Assembly (NCBI GenBank): GCA_964016885.1
Contig: OZ024745.1
Location: forward strand, 10,912,001 to 10,976,000
Length of the DNA: 64,000 nt
Reading direction: 5' to 3'
Source of the DNA: Eledone cirrhosa
Taxonomy: Eukaryota
In this document: in pieces, positions 12,701 through 27,400 of the stretch
Numbering within the stretch: the stretch's first letter is position 1
Layout of the letters: the number at the start of each line of letters is the position of its first letter
Made by a program: the position numbers and the translations under genes
Notes under the pieces: generated by a model
Told to the model about the DNA's origin: nothing
What the model saw: only the letters and a program-made list of their open reading frames with translations
Database searches by the model: none

Positions 12701-15700
12701 AGAGCTTGTCTCACTGTCTCAGGTATGCTATGTAAGGCTAGAGGTTGTCTCACTGTCTCAGGTAGTATTATGTAAGAATAGAGGTTGTCTCACTGTCTCA
12801 GGTATGTTATGTAAGGCTAGAGGTTGTCTCACTGTCTCAGGTGTGTTATGTAAGGCTAGAGGTTGTCTCACTGTCTCAGGTGTGTTATGTAAGGCTAGAG
12901 GTTGTCTCACTGTCTCAGGTAGTATTATGTAAGGCTAGAGGTTGTCTCACTGTCTCAGGTAGTATTATGTAAGAATAGAGCTGTCTCACTGTCTCAGGTA
13001 GTATTATGTAAGGCTAGAGGTTGTCTCACTGTCTCAGGTATGTTATGTAAGGCTAGAGGTTGTCTCACTGTCTCAGGTAGTATTATGTAAGAATAGAGGT
13101 TGTCTCACTGTCTCAGGTAGTATTATGTAAGGCTAGAGGTTGTCTCACTGTCTTAGGTATGTTATGTAAGGCTAGAGGTTGTCTCACTGTCTCAGGTAGT
13201 ATTATGTAAGGCTAGAGGTTGTCTCACTGTCTCAGGTAGTATTATGTAAGAATAGAGGTTGTCTCACTGTCTCAGGTAGTATTATGTAAGAATAGAGGTT
13301 GTCTCACTGTCTCAGGTAGTATTATGTAAGGCTAGAGGTTGTCTCACTGTCTCAGGTATGTTATGTAAGGCTAGAGGTTGTCTCACTGTCTCAGGCAGTA
13401 TTATGTAAGGCTAGAGCTTGTCTCACTGTCTCAGGTATGTTATATAAGGCTAGAGGTTGTCTCACTGTCTCAGGTAGTATTATGTAAGAATAGAGGTTGT
13501 CTCACTGTCTCAGGTGTGTTATGTAAGGCTAGAGGTTGTCTCACTGTCTCAGGTATGTTATGTAAGGCTAGAGGATGTCTCACTGTCTCAGGTATGTTAT
13601 GTAAGGCTAGAGGTTGTCTCACTGTCTCAGGTAGTATTATGTAAGGCTAGAGGTTGTCTCACTGTCTCAGGTATGTTATGTAAGGCTAGAGGTTGTCTCA
13701 CTGTCTCAGGTGTGTTGTGTAAGGCTAGAGGTTGTCTCACTGTCTCAGGTATGTTATGTAAGGCTAGAGGATGTCTCACTGTCTCAGGTATGTTATGTAA
13801 GGCTAGAGGTTGTCTCACTGTCTCAGGTATGTTATGTAAGGCTAGAGGATGTCTCACTGTCTCAGGTATGTTATGTAAGGCTAGAGGTTGTCTCACTGTC
13901 TCAGGTAGTATTATGTAAGGCTAGAGGTTGTCTCACTGTCTCAGGTATGTTATGTAAGGCTAGAGGTTGTCTCACTGTCTCAGGTGTGTTATGTAAGGCT
14001 AGAGGTTGTCTCACTGTCTCAGGTGTGTTGTGTAAGGCTAGAGGTTGTCTCACTGTCTCAGGTATGTTATGTAAGTCTAGAGGTTGTCTCACTGTCTCAG
14101 GTAGTATTATGTAAGGCTAGAGGTTGTCTCACTGTCTCAGGTATGTTATGTAAGGCTAGAGGTTGTCTCACTGTCTCAGGCAGTATTATGTAAGGCTAGA
14201 GCTTGTCTCACTGTCTCAGGTATGTTATGTAAGGCTAGAGGTTGTCTCACTGTCTCAGGTATGTTATGTAAGGCTAGAGGTTGTCTCACTGTCTCAGGTA
14301 TGTTATGTAAGGCTAGAGGTTGTCTCACTGTCTCAGGTAGTATTATGTAAGGCTAGAGGTTGTCTCACTGTCTCAGGTATGTTATGTAAGGCTAGAGGTT
14401 GTCTCACTGTCTCAGGTAGTATTATGTAAGAATAGAGGTTGTCTCACTGTCTCAGGTATGTTATGTAAGGCTAGAGGTTGTCTCACTGTCTCAGGTGTTT
14501 TATGAAAGGCTAGAGGTTGTCTCACTGTCTCAGGTGTGTTATGTAAGGCTAGAGGTTGTCTCACTGTCTCAGGTATGTTATGTAAGGCTAGAGGATGTCT
14601 CACTGTCTCAGGTATGTTATGTAAGGCTAGAGGTTGTCTCACTGTCTCAGGTAGTATTATGTAAGGCTAGAGGTTGTCTCACTGTCTCAGGTATGTTATG
14701 TAAGGCTAGAGGTTGTCTCACTGTCTCAGGTGTGTTATGTAAGGCTAGAGGTTGTCTCACTGTCTCAGGTGTGTTATGTAAGGCTAGAGGTTGTCTCACT
14801 GTCTCAGGTATGTTATGTAAGGCTAGAGGATGTCTCACTGTCTCAGGTATGTTATGTAAGGCTAGAGGTTGTCTCACTGTCTCAGGTAGTATTATGTAAG
14901 GCTAGAGGTTGTCTCACTGTCTCAGGTATGTTATGTAAGGCTAGAGGTTGTCTTCCTGTCTCAGGTAGTATTATGTAAGGCTAGAGCTGTCTCACTGTCT
15001 CAGGTAGTATTATGTAAAGCTAGAGGTTGTCTCACTGTCTCAGCTATGTTATGTAAAGCTAGAGGTTGTCTCACTGTCTCAGGTAGTATTATGTAAGAAT
15101 AGAGGTTGTCTCACTGTCTCAGGTAGTATTATGTAAGGCTAGAGGTTGTCTCACTGTCTCAGGTATGTTATGTAAGGCTAGAGGTTGTCTCACTGTCTCA
15201 GGTAGTATTATGTAAGGCTAGAGGTTGTCTCACTGTCTCAGGTAGTATTATGTAAGAATAGAGGTTGTCTCACTGTCTCAGGTAGTATTATGTAAGGCTA
15301 GAGGTTGTCTCACTGTCTCAGGTATGTTATGTAAGGCTAGAGGTTGTCTCACTGTCTCAGGTAGTATTATGTAAGGCTAGAGGTTGTCTCACTGTCTCAG
15401 GTAGTATTATGTAAGAATAGAGGTTGTCTCACTGTCTCAGGTAGTATTATGTAAGAATAGAGGTTGTCTCACTGTCTCAGGTAGTATTATGTAAGGCTAG
15501 AGGTTGTCTCACTGTCTCAGGTATGTTATGTAAGGCTAGAGGTTGTCTCACTGTCTCAGGCAGTATTATGTAAGGCTAGAGCTTGTCTCACTGTCTCAGG
15601 TATGTTATGTAAGGCTAGAGGTTGTCTCACGGTCTCAGGTATGTTATGTAAGGCTAGAGGTTGTCTCACTGTCTCAGGTATGTTATGTAAGGCTAGAGGT

Positions 15701-16113
15701 TGTCTCACTGTCTCAGGTAGTATTATGTAAGGCTAGAGGTTGTCTCACTGTCTCAGGTAGTATTATGTAAGAATAGAGGTTGTCTCACTGTCTCAGGTAG
15801 TATTATGTAAGGCTAGAGGTTGTCTCACTGTCTCAGGTATGTTATGTAAGGCTAGAGGATGTCTCACTGTCTCAGGCAGTCTTATGTAAGGCTAGAGCTT
15901 GTCTCACTGTCTCAGGTATGCTATGTAAGGCTAGAGGTTGTCTCACTGTCTCAGGTAGTATTATGTAAGAATAGAGGTTGTCTCACTGTCTCAGGTATGT
16001 TATGTAAGGCTAGAGGTTGTCTCACTGTCTCAGGTGTGTTATGTAAGGCTAGAGGTTGTCTCACTGTCTCAGGTGTGTTATGTAAGGCTAGAGGTTGTCT
16101 CACTGTCTCAGGT
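9784..16113. repeat. Tandem block duplication within the satellite, period 3193 bp, two copies
   Basis: ORF pairs 10185/13378, 11302/14495 and 12666/15859 are all offset by 3193. Rare variants (TATGAAAGG, TCTTCCTG, CAGCTATG, CACGGTC, GCAGTCTT) recur at that offset. Confidence 0.93.
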
Positions 16114-19100
16114 ATGTTATGTAAGGCTAGAGGATGTCTCACTGTCTCAGGTATGTTATGTAAGGCTAGAGGTTGTCTCACTGTCTCAGGTAGTATTATG
16201 TAAGGCTAGAGGTTGTCTCACTGTCTCAGGTATGTTATGTAAGGCTAGAGGTTGTCTCACTGTCTCAGGTGTGTTATGTAAGGCTAGAGGTTGTCTCACT
16301 GTCTCAGGTGTGTTATGTAAGGCTAGAGGTTGTCTCACTGTCTCAGGTATGTTATGTAAGGCTAGAGGATGTCTCACTGTCTCAGGTATGTTATGTAAGG
16401 CTAGAGGTTGTCTCACTGTCTCAGGTAGTATTATGTAAGGCTAGAGGTTGTCTCACTGTCTCAGGTATGTTATGTAAGGCTAGAGGTTGTCTCCCTGTCT
16501 CAGGTAGTATTATGTAAGGCTAGAGCTGTCTCACTGACTCATGTAGTATTATGTAAGGCTAGAGGTTGTCTCACTGTCTCAGGTATGTTATGTAAGGCTA
16601 GAGGTTGTCTCACTGTCTCAGGTAGTATTATGTAAGAATAGAGGTTGTCTCACTGTCTCAGGTAGTATTATGTAAGGCTAGAGGTTGTCTCACTGTCTCA
16701 GGTATGTTATGTAAGGCTAGAGGTTGTCTCACTGTCTCAGGTAGTATTATGTAAGGCTGGAGGTTGTCTCACTGTCTCAGGTAGTATTATGTAAGAATAG
16801 AGGCTGTCTCACTGTCTCAGGTAGTATTATGTAAGGCTAGAGGTAGTCTCACTGTCTCAGGTATGTTATGTAAGGCTAGAGGATGTCTCACTGTCTCAGG
16901 TAGTATTATGTAAGAATAGAGGTTGTCTCACTGTCTCAGGTAGTATTATGTAAGAATAGAGGTTGTCTCACTGTCTCAGGTAGTATTATGTAAGGCTAGA
17001 GGTTGTCTCACTGTCTCAGGTAGTATTATATAAGAATAGAGGTTGTCTCACTGTCTCAGGTATGTTATGTAACGCTAGAGGTTGTCTCACTGTCTCAGGT
17101 ATGTTATGTAAGGCTAGAGGTTGTCTCACTGTCTCAGGTAGTATTATGTAAGAATAGAGGTTGTCTCACTGTCTCAGGTAGTATTATGTAAGGCTAGAGG
17201 TTGTCTCACTGTCTCAGGTAGTATTATGTAAGGCTAGAGGTTGTCTCACTGTCTCAGGTAGTATTATGTAAGGCTAGACGTTGTCTCACTGTCTCAGGTA
17301 GTATTATGTAAGAATAGAGGTTGTCTCACTGTCTCAGGTAGTATTATGTAAGAATAGAGGTTGTGTCACTGTCTCAGGTAGTATTATGTAAGGCTAGAGG
17401 TTGTCTCACTGTCTCAGGTAGTATTATGTAAGGCTAGAGGTTGTCTCACTGTCTCAGGTGTGTTATGTAAGGCTAGAGGTTGTCTCACTGTCTCAGGTAG
17501 TATTATGTAAGGCTAGAGGTTGTCTCACTGTCTCAGGTAGTATTATGTAAGACTAGAGGTTGTCTCACTGTCTCAGGTATGTTATGTAAGGCTAGAGGTT
17601 GTCTCACTGTCTCAGGTAGTATTATGTAAGACTAGAGGTTGTCTCACTGTCTCAGGTATGTTATGTAAGGCTAGAGGTTGTATCACTGTCTCAGGTAGTA
17701 TTATGTAAGGCTAGAGGTTGTCTCACTGTCTCAGGTATGTTATGTAAGGCTAGAGGTTGTCTCACTGTCTCAGGTAGTATTATGTAAGACTAGAGGTTGT
17801 CTCACTGTCTCAGGTATGTTATGTAAGGCTAGAGGTTGTCTCACTGTCTCAGGTAGTATTATGTAAGGCTAGAGGTTGTCTCACTGTCTCAGGTAGTATT
17901 ATGTAAGACTAGAGGTTGTCTCACTGTCTCAGGTATGTTATGTAAGGCTAGAGGTTGTCTCACTGTCTCAGGTAGTATTATGTAAGGCTAGAGGTTGTCT
18001 CACTGTCTCAGGTAGTATTATGTAAGACTAGAGGTTGTCTCACTGTCTCAGGTATGTTATGTAAGGCTAGAGGTTGTCTCACTGTCTCAGGTAGTATTAT
18101 GTAAGGCTAGAGGTTGTCTCACTGTCTCAGGTATGTTATCTAAGGTTAGAGGTTGTCTCACTGTCTCAGGTATGTTATGTAAGACTAGAGGTTGTCTCAC
18201 TGTCTCAGGTAGTATTATGTAAGGCTAGAGGTTGTCTCACTGTCTCAGGTATGTTATGTAAGTCTAGAGGTTGTCTCACTGTCTCAGGTAGTATTATGTA
18301 AGGCTAGAGGTTGTCTCACTGTCTCAGGTATGTTATGTAAGGCTAGAGGTTGTCTCACTGTCTCAGACAGTATTATGTAAGGCTAGAGCTTGTCTCACTG
18401 TCTCAGGTATGTTATGTAAGGCTAGAGGTTGTCTCACTGTCTCAGGTATGTTATGTAAGGCTAGAGGTTGTCTCACTGTCTCAGGTATGATATGTAAGGC
18501 TAGAGGTTGTCTCACTGTCTCAGGTAGTATTATGTAAGGCTAGAGGTTGTCTCACTGTCTCAGGTATGTTATGTAAGGCTAGAGGTTGTCTCACTGTCTC
18601 AGGTAGTATTATGTAAGAATAGAGGTTGTCTCACTGTCTCAGGTATGTTATGTAAGGCTAGAGGTTGTCTCACTGTCTCAGGTGTTTTATGTAAGGCTAG
18701 AGGTTGTCTCACTGTCTCAGGTGTGTTATGTAAGGCTAGAGGTTGTCTCACTGTCTCAGGTATGTTATGTAAGGCTAGAGGATGTCTCACTGTCTCAGGT
18801 ATGTTATGTAAGGCTAGAGGTTGTCTCACTGTCTCAGGTAGTATTATGTAAGGCTAGAGGTTGTCTCACTGTCTCAGGTATGTTATGTAAGGCTAGAGGT
18901 TGTCTCACTGTCTCAGGTGTGTTATGTAAGGCTAGAGGTTGTCTCACTGTCTCAGGTGTGTTGTGTAAGGCTAGAGGTTGTCTCACTGTCTCAGGTATGT
19001 TATGTAAGGCTAGAGGATGTCTCACTGTCTCAGGTATGTTATGTAAGGCTAGAGGTTGTCTCACTGTTTCAGGTAGTATTATGTAAGGCTAGAGGTTGTC

Positions 19101-21429
19101 TCACTGTCTCAGGTATGTTATGTAAGGCTAGAGGTTGTCTCCCTGTCTCAGGTAGTATTATGTAAGGCTAGAGCTGTCTCACTGTCTCAGGTAGTATTAT
19201 GTAAGGCTAGAGGTTGTCTCACTGTCTCAGGTATGTTATGTAAGGCTAGAGGTTGTCTCACTGTCTCAGGTAGTATTATGTAAGAATAGAGGTTGTCTCA
19301 CTGTCTCAGGTAGTATTATGTAAGGCTAGAGGTTGTCTCACTGTCTCAGGTATGTTATGTAAGGCTAGAGGTTGTCTCACTGTCTCAGGTAGTATTATGT
19401 AAGGCTAGAGGTTGTCTCACTGTCTCAGGTAGTATTATGTAAGAATAGAGGTTGTCTCACTGTCTCAGGTAGTATTATGTAAGGCTAGAGGTTGTCTCAC
19501 TGTCTCAGGTATGTTATGTAAGGCTAGAGGTTGTCTCACTGTCTCAGATAGTATTATGCAAGGCTAGAGGTTGTCTCACTGTCTCAGGTAGTATTATGTA
19601 AGAATAGAGGTTGTCTCACTGTCTCAGGTAGTATTATGTAAGAATAGAGTTTGTCTCACTGTCTCAGGTAGTATTATGTAAGGCTAGAGGTTGTCTCACT
19701 GTCTCAGGTATGTTATGTAAGGCTAGAGGTTGTCTCACTGTCTCAGGTAGTATTATGTAAGGCTAGAGGTTGTCTCACTGTCTCAGGTATGTTATGTAAG
19801 GCTAGAGGTTGTCTCACTGTCTCAGGTAGTATTATGTAAGAATAGAGGTTGTCTCACTGTCTCAGGTATGTTATGTAAGGCTAGAGGTTGTCTCACTGTC
19901 TCAGGTGTGTTATGTAAGGCTAGAGGTTGTCTCACTGTCTCAGGTGTGTTATGCAAGGCTAGAGGTTGTCTCACTGTCTCAGGTATGTTATGTAAGGCTA
20001 GAGGATGTCTCACTGTCTCAGGTATGTTATGTAAGGCTAGAGGTTGTCTCACTGTCTCAGGTAGTATTATGTAAGGCTAGAGGTTGTCTCACTGTCTCAG
20101 GTATGTTATGTAAGGCTAGAGGTTGTCTCACTGTCTCAGGTGTGTTATGTAAGGCTAGAGGTTGTCTCACTGTCTCAGGTGTGTTGTGTAAGGCTAGAGG
20201 TTGTCTCACTGTCTCAGGTATGTTATGTAAGGCTAGAGGATGTCTCACTGTCTCAGGTATGTTATGTAAGGCTAGAGGTTGTCTCACTGTCTCAGGTAGT
20301 ATTATGTAAGGTTAGAGGTTGTCTCACTGTCTCAGGTATGTTATGTAAGGCTAGAGGTTGTCTCCCTGTCTCAGGTAGTATTATGTAAGGCTAGAGCTGT
20401 CTCACTGTCTCATGTAGTATTATGTAAGGCTAGAGGTTGTCTCACTGTCTCAGGTATGTTATGTAAGGCTAGAGGTTGTCTCACTGTCTCAGGTAGTATT
20501 ATGTAAGAATAGAGGTTGTCTCACTGTCTCAGGTAGTATTATGTAAGGCTAGAGGTTGTCTCACTGTCTCAGGTATGTTATGTAAGGCTAGAGGTTGTCT
20601 CACTGTCTCAGGTAGTATTATGTAAGGCTAGAGGTTGTCTCACTGTCTCAGGTAGTATTATGTAAGAATAGAGGTTGTCTCACTGTCTCAGGTAGTATTA
20701 TGTAAGGCTAGAGGTTGTCTCACTGTCTCAGGTATGTTATGTAAGGCTAGAGGTTGTCTCACTGTCTCAGGTAGTATTATGTAAGGCTAGAGGTTGTCTC
20801 ACTGTCTCAGGTAGTATTATGTAAGAATAGAGGTTGTCTCACTGTCTCAGGTAGTATTATGTAAGGCTAGAGGTTGTCTCACTGTCTCAGGTAGTATTAT
20901 GTAAGAATAGAGGTTGTCTCACTGTCTCAGGTATGTTATGTAAGGCTAGAGGTTGTCTCACTGTCTCAGGTATGTTATGTAAGGCTAGAGGTTGTCTCAC
21001 TGTCTCAGGTGGTATTATGTAAGAATAGAGGTTGTCTCACTGTCTCAGGTAGTATTATGTAAGGCTAGAGGTTGTCTCACTGTCTCAGGTAGTATTATGT
21101 AAGCCTAGAGGTTGTCTCACTGTCTCAGGTAGTATTATGTAAGAATAGAGGTTGTCTCACTGTCTCAGGTAGTATTATGTAAGGCTAGAGGTTGTCTCAC
21201 TGTCTCAGGTATGTTATGTAAGGCTAGAGGTTGCCTCACTGTCTCAGGTAGTATTATGTAAGGCTAGAGGTTGTCTCACTGTCTCAGGTAGTATTATGTA
21301 AGAATAGAGGTTGTCTCACAGTCTCAGGTAGTATTATGTAAGGCTAGAGGTTGTCTCACTGTCTCAGGTAGTATTATGTAAGGCTAGAGGTTGTCTCACT
21401 GTCTCAGGTATGTTATGTAAGGCTAGAGG

Positions 21430-24400
21430 ATGTCTCACTGTCTCAAGCAGTATTATGTAAGGCTAGAGGTTGTCTCACTGTCTCAGGTATGTTATGTAAG
21501 GCCAGAGGATGTCTCACTGTCTCAGGTATGTTATCTAAGGCTAGAGATTGTCTCACTGTCTCAGGTATGTTATGTAAGGCGAGAGGTTGTCTCACTGTCT
21601 CAGGTATGTTATGTAAGGCTAGAGGATGTCTCACTGTCTCAGGTATGTTATATAAGGCCAGATGTTGTCTCACTGTCTCAGGTATGTTATGTAAGGCTAG
21701 AGGTTGTCTCACTGTCTCAGGTATGTTATGTAAAGCTAGAGGTTGTCTCACTGTCTCAGGTATGTTATGTAAGGCTAGAGATTGTCTCACTGTCTCAGGT
21801 AGTATTATGTAAGGCTAGAGGTTGTCTCACTGTCTCAGGTAGTATTATGTAAGATAGAGGTTGTCTCACTGTCTCAGATATGTTATCTAAGGCTAGAGGT
21901 TGTCTCACTGTCTCAGGTAGTATTATGTAAGGCTAGAGGTTGTCTCACTGTCTCAGGTAGTATTATGTAAGGTTAGAGGTTGTCTCACTGTCTCAGGTAG
22001 TATTATGTAAGACTAGAGGTTGTCTCACTGTCTCAGGCAGTATTATGTAAGGCTAGAGGTTGTCTCACTGTCTCAGGTAGTATTATGTAAGGCTAGAGGT
22101 TGTCTCACTGTCTCAGGTAGTATTATGTAAGGCTAGAGGTTGTCTCACTGTCTCAGGTAGTATTATGTAAGGCTAGAGGTTGTCGCACTGTCTCAGGTAG
22201 TATTATGTAAGAATCGAGGTTGTCTCACTGTCTCAGGTATGTTATCTAAGGCTAGAGGTTGTCTCACTGTCTCAGGTATGTTATGTAAGGCCAGAGGATG
22301 TCTCACTGTCTCAGGTATGTTATCTAAGGCTAGAGATTGTCTCACTGTCTCAGGTATGTTATGTAAGGCTAGAGGTTGTCTCACTGTCTCAGGTATGTTA
22401 TCTAAGGCTAGAGGTTGTCTCACTGTGTCAGGTATGTTATGTAAGGCTAGAGGATGTCTCACTGTCTCAGGTATGTTATGTAAGGCGAGAGGTTGTCTCA
22501 CTGTCTCAGGTATGTTATGTAAGGCTAGAGGATGTCTCACTGTCTCAGGTATGTTATATAAGGCCAGATGTTGTCTCACTGTCTCAGGTATGTTATGTAA
22601 GGCTAGAGGTTGTCTCACTGTCTCAGGTATGTTATGTAAAGCTAGAGGTTGTCTCACTGTCTCAGGTATGTTATGTAAGGCTAGAGATTGTCTCACTGTC
22701 TCAGGTAGTATTATGTAAGGCTAGAGGATGTCTCACTGTCTCAGGTATGTTATGTAAGGCTAGAGGTTGTCTCACTGTCTCAGGTAGTATTATGTAAGGC
22801 TAGAGGTTGTCTCACTGTCTCAGGTAGTATTATGTAAGGCTAGAGGTTGTCTCACTGTCTCAGGTAGTATTATGTAAGACTAGAGGTTGTCTCACTGTCT
22901 CAGGCAGTATTATGTAAGGCTAGAGGTTGTCTCACTGTCTCAGGTAGTATTATGTAAGGCTAGAGGTTGTCTCACTGTCTCAGGTAATATTATGTAAGGC
23001 TAGAGGTTGTCTCACTGTCTCAGGTAGTATTATGTAAGGCTAGAGGTTGCCTCACTGTCTCAGGTAGCATTATGTAAGAATCGAGGTTGTCTCACTGTCT
23101 CAGGTATGTTATCTAAGGCTAGAGGTTGTCTCACTGTGTCAGGTATGTTATGTAAGGCCAGAGGATGTCTCACTGTCTCAGGTATGTTATCTAAGGCTAG
23201 AGATTGTCTCACTGTCTCAGGTAGTATTATGTAAGGCTAGAGGTTGTCTCACTGTCTCAGGTAGTATTATGTAAGGCTAGAGGTTGTCTCACTGCTTCAG
23301 GTAGTATTATGTAAGGCAAGAGGTTGTCTCACTGTCTCAGGTATGTTATGTAAGGCTAGAGGATGTCTCACTGTCTCAGGTATGTTATGTAAGGCTAGAG
23401 GATGTCTCACTGTCTCAGGTATGTTATATAAGGCTAGAGGTTGTCTCACTGTCTCAGGTAGTATTATGTAAGGCTAGAGGTTGTCTCACTGTCTCAGGTA
23501 GTATTATGTAAGGCTAGAGGTTGTCTCACTGTCTCAGGTAGTATTATGTAAGGCTAGAGGTTGTCTCACTGCTTCAGGTTGTATTATGTAAGGCAAGAGG
23601 TTGTCTCACTGTCTCAGGTATGTTATGTAAGGCTAGAGGATGTCTCACTGTCTCAGGTATGTTATGTAAGGCTAGAGGATGTCTCACTGTCTCAGGTATG
23701 TTATATAAGGCTAGAGGTTGTCTCACTGTCTCAGGTAGTATTATGTAAGGCTAGAGGTTGTCTCACTGTCTCAGGTAGTATTATGTAAGGCTAGAGGTTG
23801 TCTCACTGTCTCTGGTATGTTATGTAAGGCTAGAGGTTGTCTCACTGTCTCAGGTAGTATTATGTAAGGCTAGAGGTTGTCTCACTGTCTCAGGTAGTAT
23901 TATGTAAGGCTAGAGGTTGTCTCACTGTCTCAGGTAGTATTATGTAAGGCTAGAGGTTGTCTCACTGTCTCAGGTAGTATTATGTAAGAATCGAGGTTGT
24001 CTCACTGTCTCAGGTATGTTATCTAAGGCTAGAGGTTGTCTCACTGTCTCAGGTATGTTATGTAAGGCCAGAGGATGTCTCACTGTCTCAGGTATGTTAT
24101 CTAAGGCTAGAGATTGTCTCACTGTCTCAGGTATGTTATGTAAGGCTAGAGGTAGTCTCACTGTCTCAGGTATGTTATCTAAGGCTAGAGGTTGTCTCAC
24201 TGTCTCAGGTATGTTATGTAAGGCTAGAGGATGTCTCACTGTCTCAGGTATGTTATGTAAGGCTAGAGGTTGTCTCACTGTCTCAGGAATGTTATGTAAG
24301 GCTAGAGGTTGTCTCACTGTCTCAGGTATGTTATCTAAGGCTAGAGGTTGTCTCACTGTCTCAGGTATGTTATGTAAGGCTAGAGGATGTCTCACTGTCT

Positions 24401-27400
24401 CAGGTATGTTATATAAGGCCAGATGTTGTCTCACTGTCTCAGGTATGTTATGTAAGGCTAGAGGTTGTCTCACTGTCTCAGGTATGTTATGTAAGGCTAG
24501 AGGTTGTCTCACTGTCTCAGGTAGTATTATGTAAGGCTAGAGGTTGTCTCACTGTCTCAGGTAGTATTATGTAAGGCTAGAGGTTGTCTCACTGTCTCAG
24601 GTAGTATTATGTAAGGCTAGAGGTTGTCTCACTGTCTCAGGTAGTATTATGTAAGGCAAGAGGTTGTCTCACTGTCTCAGGTATGTTATGTAAGGCTAGA
24701 GGTTGTCTCACTGTCTCAGGTATGTTATGTAAGACTCGAGGTTGTCTCACTGTGTCAGGTATGTTATGTAAGGCTCGAGGTTGTCTCACTGTCTCAGGTA
24801 TGTCATGTAAGGCTAGAGGTTGTTTCACTGTCCCAGGTATGTTATGTAAGGCTAGAGGTTGTCTCACTGTCTCAGGTATGTTATGTAAGGCTCGAGGTTG
24901 TCTCACTGTCTCAGGTATGTTATGTAAGGCTAGAGGTTGTCTCACTGTCCCAGGTATGTTATGTAAGGCTAGAGGTTGTTTCACTGTCCCAGGTATGTTA
25001 TGTAAGGCTAGAGGTTGTTTCACTGTCCCAGGTATGTTATCTAAGGCTAGAGGTTGTCTCACTGTCTCAGGTATGTTATCTAAGGTTAGAGGTTGTCTCA
25101 CTGTCTCAGGTATGTTATGTAAGACTAGAGGTTGTCTCACTGTCTCAGGTAGTATTATGTAAGGCTAGAGGTTGTCTCACTGTCTCAGGTATGTTATGTA
25201 AGTCTAGAGGTTGTCTCACTGTCTCAGGTAGTATTATGTAAGGCTAGAGGTTGTCTCACTGTCTCAGGTATGTTATGTAAGGCTAGAGGTTGTCTCACTG
25301 TCTCAGGCAGTATTATGTAAGGCTAGAGCTTGTGTCACTGTCTCAGGTATGTTATGTAAGGCTAGAGGTTGTCTCACTGTCTCAGGTATGTTATGTAAGG
25401 CCAGAGGATGTCTCACTGTCTCAGGTATGTTATCTAAGGCTAGAGATTGTCTCACTGTCTCAGGTATGTTATGTAAGGCGAGAGGTTGTCTCACTGTCTC
25501 AGGTATGTTATGTAAGGCTAGAGGATGTCTCACTGTCTCAGGTATGTTATATAAGGCCAGATGTTGTCTCACTGTCTCAGGTATGTTATGTAAGGCTAGA
25601 GGTTGTCTCACTGTCTCAGGTATGTTATGTAAAGCTAGAGGTTGTCTCACTGTCTCAGGTATGTTATGTAAGGCTAGAGATTGTCTCACTGTCTCAGGTA
25701 TTATTATGTAAGGCTAGAGGTTGTCTCACTGTCTCAGGTAGTATTATGTAAGAATAGAGGTTGTCTCACTGTCTCAGATATGTTATCTAAGGCTAGAGGT
25801 TGTCTCACTGTCTCAGGTAGTATTATGTAAGGCTAGAGGTTGTCTCACTGTCTCAGGTAGTATTATGTAAGGTTAGAGGTTGTCTCACTGTCTCAGGTAG
25901 TATTATGTAAGACTAGAGGTTGTCTCACTGTCTCAGGCAGTATTATGTAAGGCTAGAGGTTGTCTCACTGTCTCAGGTAGTATTATGTAAGGCTAGAGGT
26001 TGTCTCACTGTCTCAGGTAGTATTATGAAAGGCTAGAGGTTGTCTCACTGTCTCAGGTAGTATTATGTAAGGCTAGAAGTTGTCGCACTGTCTCAGGTAG
26101 TATTATGTAAGAATCGAGGTTGTCTCACTGTCTCAGGTATGTTATCTAAGGCTAGAGGTTGTCTCACTGTCTCAGGTATGTTATGTAAGGCCAGAGGATG
26201 TCTCACTGTCTCAGGTATGTTATCTAAGGCTAGAGATTGTCTCACTGTCTCAGGTATGTTATGTAAGGCTAGAGGTTGTCTCACTGTCTCAGGTATGTTA
26301 TCTAAGGCTAGAGGTTGTCTCACTGTCTCAGGTATGTTATGTAAGGCTAGAGGATGTCTCACTGTCTCAGGTATGTTATGTAAGGCGAGAGGTTGTCTCA
26401 CTGTCTCAGGTATGTTATGTAAGGCTAGAGGATGTCTCACTGTCTCAGGTATGTTATATAAGGCCAGATGTTGTCTCACTGTCTCAGGTATGTTATGTAA
26501 GGCTAGAGGTTGTCTCACTGTCTCAGGTATGTTATGTAAAGCTAGAGGTTGTCTCACTGTCTCAGGTATGTTATGTAAGGCTAGAGATTGTCTCACTGTC
26601 TCAGGTAGTATTATGTAAGGCTAGAGGATGTCTCACTGTCTCAGGTATGTTATGTAAGGCTAGAGGTTGTCTCACTGTCTCAGGTAGTATTATGTAAGGC
26701 TAGAGGTTGTCTCACTGTCTCAGGTAGTATTATGTAAGGCTAGAGGTTGTCTCACTGTCTCAGGTAGTATTATGTAAGACTAGAGGTTGTCTCACTGTCT
26801 CAGGCAGTATTATGTAAGGCTAGAGGTTGTCTCACTGTCTCAGGTAGTATTATGTAAGACTAGAGGTTGTCTCACTGTCTCAGGCAGTATTATGTAAGGC
26901 TAGAGGTTGTCTCACTGTCTCAGGTAGTATTATGTAAGGCTAGAGGTTGTCTCACTGTCTCAGGTAATATTATGTAAGGCTAGAGGTTGTCTCACTGTCT
27001 CAGGTAGTATTATGTAAGGCTAGAGGTTGCCTCACTGTCTCAGGTAGCATTATGTAAGAATCGAGGTTGTCTCACTGTCTCAGGTATGTTATCTAAGGCT
27101 AGAGGTTGTCTCACTGTGTCAGGTATGTTATGTAAGGCCAGAGGATGTCTCACTGTCTCAGGTATGTTATCTAAGGCTAGAGATTGTCTCACTGTCTCAG
27201 GTAGTATTATGTAAGGCTAGAGGTTGTCTCACTGTCTCAGGTAGTATTATGTAAGGCTAGAGGTTGTCTCACTGCTTCAGGTAGTATTATGTAAGGCAAG
27301 AGGTTGTCTCACTGTCTCAGGTATGTTATGTAAGGCTAGAGGATGTCTCACTGTCTCAGGTATGTTATGTAAGGCTAGAGGATGTCTCACTGTCTCAGGT

